Below, piece after piece: positions 58,756 to 64,000 of a DNA stretch of 64,000 nt. The notes below the pieces were generated by a model, which made no database searches, was not told the DNA's origin, and saw only the letters and a list, made by a program, of their open reading frames with translations. The number at the start of each line of letters is the position of its first letter. Within the stretch, counting starts at the first letter, position 1. Position numbers and translations under genes: made by a program. This DNA comes from Mustelus asterias (lineage: Eukaryota), in assembly GCF_964213995.1 (NCBI RefSeq), contig NW_027590175.1, positions 806,001 to 870,000 on the forward strand. Reading direction: 5' to 3'.

Positions 58756-59249
58756 CTGTAGTGGTAGGAAAAAGACTATTTACTATCCAGGATAAAGTTA
58801 ATGTACTCTATAGAAACTAGGAGCAGGCCATTCGAGTCTGCTCCACCATTCAATATGATCATGGCTGATCCTCGATCTCAATGCCATATTCTCCCCACAC
58901 CGCTTGAAGCCATTAAAATCTAAAACAAAATCTATCTCTTCCTCGAACATATTCAGTGACTTGGATTCCACAACCTTCTGTGGTGGAGAATTCCAGAAGT
59001 TCACTACCCTTTGAGTTCAGAATTTTTTCCTCATCTCAGTCTCATCTGACACCTGCTTTTGTGGATCATTTCAGTGGAAATGTGCCCTCGCTCAAAGAGA
59101 ATCAGCCACTGGAATGAAAATTGAGAGACCGGCCAGTCCAACAGCAAGAAACCCTCTGATCCTCCCACTTCACCATCTGTCAGAATGAACATGTTTCAGT
59201 CCTGGATATGATTTACAGCAGCAATAACAGCAGAATCCAACCACTGTAA

Positions 59250-60180
59250 TCACTTGTGAACCCGCTGATGTCTGAGCAGGTGGGATGACTGAGTGAATCC
59301 CTTCCCACACACAGAGCAGGTAAATGGTCTCTCCCCAGTGTGAACTCGCTGGTGTGTCAGCAGGTTGGATGACCGATTGAATCCCTTCCCACACTGAGAG
59401 CAGATAAATGGCTTCTCCCCAGTGTGAACCCGCTGGTGTTTCAGCAGGGTAGATAACTCACAGAATCCCATCTCACACTCTGAGCAGATGAAAGGCCTCT
59501 CCCTGTCCCTGCTGTGAATTTGCTGATGTCTCAGCAGGTTGGTTAACTGAGTGAATCCCTTCCCACAATTGGAGCAGGTGAACGGCCTCTCCCCAGTGTG
59601 AACTCGTTGGTGTGTCAGCAGGGTGGAGGAATCTCCGAATCTTCCCACACACGGAGCAGATGAACGGCCTCTCTCCAGTGTGAACTCGCTGATGTGCCAG
59701 CAGGTCAGATGAATCTCTGAATCCTTTCCCACACTCTGAGCAGGTGAATGGTCTCTCCCCAGTGTGAACTCGATGGTGCCTCTGCAGACTGGATGACCGA
59801 GTGAATCTCTTCCCACAGTCAGAGCAGATGAAGTGCCTCTCCTTGGTGTGAACTTGTTGGTGTACCAGTAGGGTGGATGAATCTCTGCATCTTTTCCCAC
59901 ACACTGAGCAGCTGAATGGTCTCATCCCTGTGTGAACTCGATGGTGTCTCACTAGGTTGGATGAAATACTGAATTTCTTCCCGCACACACAGCAGGTGAA
60001 TGGCCTCTCCCTGCTGTGAACTCGCTGGTGTGTAAGCAGGTCGGATGCATTAGTAAATCTCTTCCCACACTGAGAGCAGGTGAATGGTCTTTCCCCGGTG
60101 TGACTGCGTCGATGAATTTCCAACTCAGATGGGGATCTGAATCCCTTTCCACAATCCTCACATTTCCACGGTTTCCCCAT
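59250..60180 (-). pseudogene. C2H2 ZNF-8 (about 11 fingers), frameshifted near 59640
   Basis: ORF 59473-60180 gives six intact fingers and then leaves the finger frame; the fingers resume in ORF 59250-59900. Confidence 0.75.
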
Positions 60181-60999
60181 GGTGTTGGTGTCTGTGTCTC
60201 GGTGCTTTTCCAGTCACAGGAATGGTAAAATGGGCGATGGTTTACCTCATCCTATTAAATCGAGTGACTCTGTCAGATCTTGGTGTGAAGTTTGGTTTGA
60301 GATTTCTTATGGCAAGTTTTTCCCTTTTAATATCCTGTAAAAGAAGTTTGCAAATGTCATCACTGTCAGTTCAGCTCAGAAATTCAGAACAGACAACCAG
60401 TCACTGATGGGATACATTCTGCCACATGGATAATTATAGATTGTAACATTGTCATTAAAACATGTGATACCAAAGCCACAGCAATGTGGTTGAATCTTAA
60501 GTGCCCACCAAGGGCAACTAGAGATGGGCAAGAAATGCTGGCCAACCAGCGACGTCCATGTCCCACAAATGAATACAAAAGTGATTGAGTGTAAATAATT
60601 TACATTTAAAAATGTCTTCTGTCAACGGTGTAAATGCTCATTTATAAATTTATATATGTATATATTTACATATTTATAAATGCTCATTTTGTCATTGATT
60701 TCCTGAAGCTCCTGTTTTGAGTTTCAGACAGTTCTATGCCAAGTGTTTGAGGTGATTAAAAGTCTTTCATCTTACTCTTTGCATATTGATGTTCACTAAA
60801 GCTACACAGATTGATTTTCTTCTCATTATAAATATATTTTCAATACCGAAAAGGACAGTCTTTCAACAATCCCCATTTTCCTTCTTTCTGGTTGATAATT
60901 AAGGGTCTGTACACTTGGCTTTATTTATGATTTTGTTCCTAATTTTATCGGTTTCCCCACCCGCCACAATCTCCACAACACAGCAAAAATAATCACTAT

Positions 61000-61460
61000 T
61001 CACTCATTGGGATTGTCAATGGCGGGCTTTATACCCAGCATTCCCCGCGGTGCTGAAAGTCCCCTTTCTTCACTGCAGGAGAGTCGTGCGCAGGCCCAGT
61101 GCTCATCCAGTTGGAGCATGCGCAGTATGAGTGATGTCTCCTGAGGCAAAGACGTTTCTTTGGTTAACAGGCAGTCGGTAAGGATGCGGAAACCCGGAGT
61201 GAGTAACGGAGGCCATTCTGGTTGGGGTGAGTTTGTAAACATCGGGTGAATGCTCTAACCCCCTTTACGAACCTGAAGGTGCCGCGTTTGCAGCTCCAGG
61301 TCTTTTTCCCGAAACGAGGCCCCGGTTACTGGCCGCCATCTTGGTTCAAAGCCGAGGGGTGCGCATGCGTCTTTGTTCAGGTGACGTAACAGAGTGGACG
61401 GGGCTTCAGGGTCTCTGTTCCCAACTGGGTCCGAGTGCCCGGGGAACCATAACTGAGTAA
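61000..61460. promoter_or_regulatory. CpG-rich divergent promoter region between ZNF-8 and ZNF-9
   Basis: GCCGCCATCTTG (YY1 consensus), TGCGCATGCG and GCATGCGCA (NRF1-like), TGACGTAA. Confidence 0.55.
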
Positions 61461-61974
61461 ACAGATTTTAAACAGCTTCACCCACTCCCAGGCTGCAGCG
61501 AATGTTTGCAGCCTAAAGGAGTCCATGGGCCATGTTTACATTATATTAATATTATATTATAGCCCAAAGATGTGGATTGCCCATGTTAAATTGCCTCTTA
61601 GTGTCCCAAGATGTGCAGGTTAGATGGGAAATTGTGAGGTTACCAGGATAGGGTGAGGAAGAACACCTGGCTAAGATGCTCTGTCAGAGAGTCGGTGCAT
61701 ACTCAATGGGTCAAATGGCACATTCTGCACTGTAGGGATTCTATATTCAGTGTGAGATGTTGCAGCCCTGTATAGTTACCTGAAGGAGCTGCTCCTCAAC
61801 CTTTGTGAACACTTTAGCCCCAATCTCCTAATCTTTGGCTGTGAGGGGGGGAAGTTGGGGAGAACAAAGAAAAGTACAGCACAGGAACAGGCCCTTTGGT
61901 CCTCCAAGTCCATGCCAATCATGATACCCTAATTTTAAAAAAACCTTCTGCCCTTGCTTGGTCTGTATCCCTCT

Positions 61975-62235
61975 GGGCAGCATGGTGGCACAGTGGTTAG
62001 CACTGCTGCCTCAGAGCTCCAGAGTCCCAGGTTTAATTCTGGCCTTGGGTCACTTTCTGTGTGGAGTTTGCACATTCTCTCCGTGGCTGTGTGGGTTTCC
62101 TCCGGGTGCTCCAGTTTCCTCCCACAGTCCGAAGATGTGCGGGTTAGGTTGATTGGCTATGTTAAATTGACCCGAGTGTCAGGAGAATTAGTAAAGTAAA
62201 TGTGTGCGGTTGCGGGAATTGGCCCTGGGTGGGAT
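61975..62235 (+). mobile_element. HE1-like SINE
   Basis: GGGCAGCATGGTGGCACAGTGGTTAGCACTGCTGCC head and HE1 core. Confidence 0.85.
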
Positions 62236-62244
62236 TTTAAAAAA

Positions 62245-62580
62245 TTAATTTATGGGACATGGAAGTCGCTGGCTGGCCAGCATTTATTGCCCATCCCTAG
62301 TTGCCCTTGTTCAGAGGGCAGTTGAGAGTCAACCACATTGCTGTGGCTCTGGAGTCACATGTAGGCCTGACCAGAAAAGGATGGCAGGTTTCCTTCCCTA
62401 AAAGACATCAGTGAACCAGATGGATTTTTCCGATAGTCGACAATGGTTTCATGGTCATCAGTAGATTCTTAATTCCAGATATTTTTTGTTGAATTCAAAT
62501 TCCACCACCTGCCGTGGCAGGATTTGAACGCGGGTCCCCAGAACATTAGCTGAGTTTCTGGATTAATAGTCGAGCGATAA
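62245..62580 (-). mobile_element. tRNA-derived SINE with a Nin/AmnSINE2-like central domain (fragments also at about 28990-29175 and 60460-60580)
   Basis: Minus strand TAGGGAAGGAAACCTGCC..GGCCTACATGTGACTCCAGAGCCACAGCAATGTGGTTGACTCT; family name is from recollection. Confidence 0.5.
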
Positions 62581-62589
62581 TTTCTAATT

Positions 62590-63015
62590 CCTCCCTATTC
62601 AAGTACCCATCCAGATTCCTGTTAAATTTTACTCATGTGCCTGCTTCCACCACCTATTTGGCAGCATGTTCCAGGCACCTACCACTCTGTGTGAAAAACT
62701 TCCACTGCACATCTCCCTTAAACATTCCCCTTCTCATCTTGAACCTGTGCCCCTTGTAATTGATAATTACACCCGAAGAACAAAACCTCTGACTATCCAC
62801 CCTGTCTATGCCTCTCAGAATTTTGTAGACCTCTATCAGGTCTCCCGTTAGCCTCTGTCTTTCCCGCAAAAAATCCTATTCAACCTCTCCTCGCCAACAT
62901 CCTCGAGACCAGGCAACATCGTGGTGAACCTTCTTTGCACTCTCTCCAAAGCTTCCAGGTCCTTCTGGTAGTATGGTGGCCAGGAATGCATGCAATACTC
63001 CAAATGCAGCTTAAC
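62590..63015 (-). mobile_element. CR1 3' fragment
   Basis: HLEYC..LERVQRRFT..LIEVYKILRGIDRVD motifs. Confidence 0.8.
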
Positions 63016-63777
63016 CAAGATCAGAGTATCTTCTCCTGGACCTGCTCTTGGGCCAGATTCAAACAACAATTTGTTGAAGCTGAATGAGCAGTGTCCATAG
63101 CAATTGGGTGGATGTCGCATATCCTTGCAGTCTCTCCTGGAGAGGGAGCATGTGGTGTCCACTGATGCACTTGCTACCTTCCACAACTGATGAGCATCGC
63201 AGGGTACAAAGTAACTTCAAGACACTGGAAACAACATTCTGGTTTAGTTAGGAAGCTAACCTTTCTTCTTGTTGGTACTTTGTTGCTGATCTTTTTCTTT
63301 TTTTAGTTTGTTTGGACCACATATTTGAGGAAACAAACAAGGGAAAAGAATATTCAATAGAAAATTAAATATCTGTTCTGAATTTCTATCATGTTACAAT
63401 GATAATTTTTGTAAACTCCTTTTACAGGGTATTAGAAGAGGAAGTTTTGCAAATGTGAAACTCAAACACAACATCACACAAAAATACAGCAAAATTGTTC
63501 CATTCATCAGAACCTGATTATCATCGACCTTTGAATGGGGAAGCAGAAATGCTTGTTTGTTTTGCAAACATCAGTGTGACTGGAAAAGCACCGAGACACA
63601 CACACACCCAAGTGAGAGTGTTCCAGTGAACTGACTGTGGAAAGAGCTTTAACCAGTTACACAGCCTGAAAAAAAACATCACAACATTCACAGCCAGGAG
63701 AAATCATCACGTGTTCTGTGTGTGGATGAGGCTTTAACTGATCATCCAACCTGGAGATACACAAGGACACCAGCACC

Positions 63778-64000
63778 ATGGAGAAACCGTGGAAATGTGC
63801 GGATTGTGGTAAGGGGTTCAGTTACCCTTCCCAGCTTAAAAATCATCAACGCAGTCACACTGGGGAGAGAGCATTCACCTGCTCCATGTGTGGGAAGGGA
63901 TTCATTCAGTCATCCCACCTGCTTTCACACCAGCAAGTTCACCTTGATGAGAGGCTGTTAAACCGCTCGGACTGTGAAAGCAACTTGAAAAGCTCGGAGG
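63778..64000 (+). CDS. C2H2 zinc-finger gene ZNF-9, 5' part (runs off the window)
   Basis: [35 protein letters not shown]..; frame open to the window end, third finger degenerate. Confidence 0.7.
   Translation, partial: MEKPWKCADCGKGFSYPSQLKNHQRSHTGERAFTCSMCGKGFIQSSHLLSHQQVHLDERLLNRSDCESNLKSSE

Overview
Vertebrate, repeat-rich genomic DNA, most likely from an elasmobranch (shark/ray), judged from HE1-type tRNA-derived SINEs, abundant CR1/HER1-type LINEs and MEKPWKC-starting C2H2 genes. The window is a tandem cluster of at least nine single-coding-exon C2H2 zinc-finger genes with no visible effector domain: five intact, three disrupted, one cut by the window end. The cluster was shaped by direct and inverted segmental duplication. 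Embedded in it (about 10.3-19.3 kb) is a small island of four T-cell-receptor-type V gene segments arranged as two convergent (RSS-to-RSS) pairs. Three are open reading frames with 23-bp-spacer RSSs, and one of these has leader and V in a single exon. The fourth is a frameshifted pseudogene whose V exon is absent from the ORF track. Two tRNA-Gln-derived pseudogenes lie between the first pair, a 23-bp-periodic CRE array precedes V1, and a CTCF-consensus site flanks the V4 RSS. I saw no D, J or C segments, but that search was by eye only. Other items: Penelope-like element ends carrying minimal hammerhead ribozyme motifs (some with a compensatory U3-A8 core), a conserved fossil-finger leader with shared in-frame stops in the ZNF paralogues, and a minisatellite that expanded in only one copy of a duplication. 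Repeat boundaries are approximate, and family names come from recalled motifs, not database searches.
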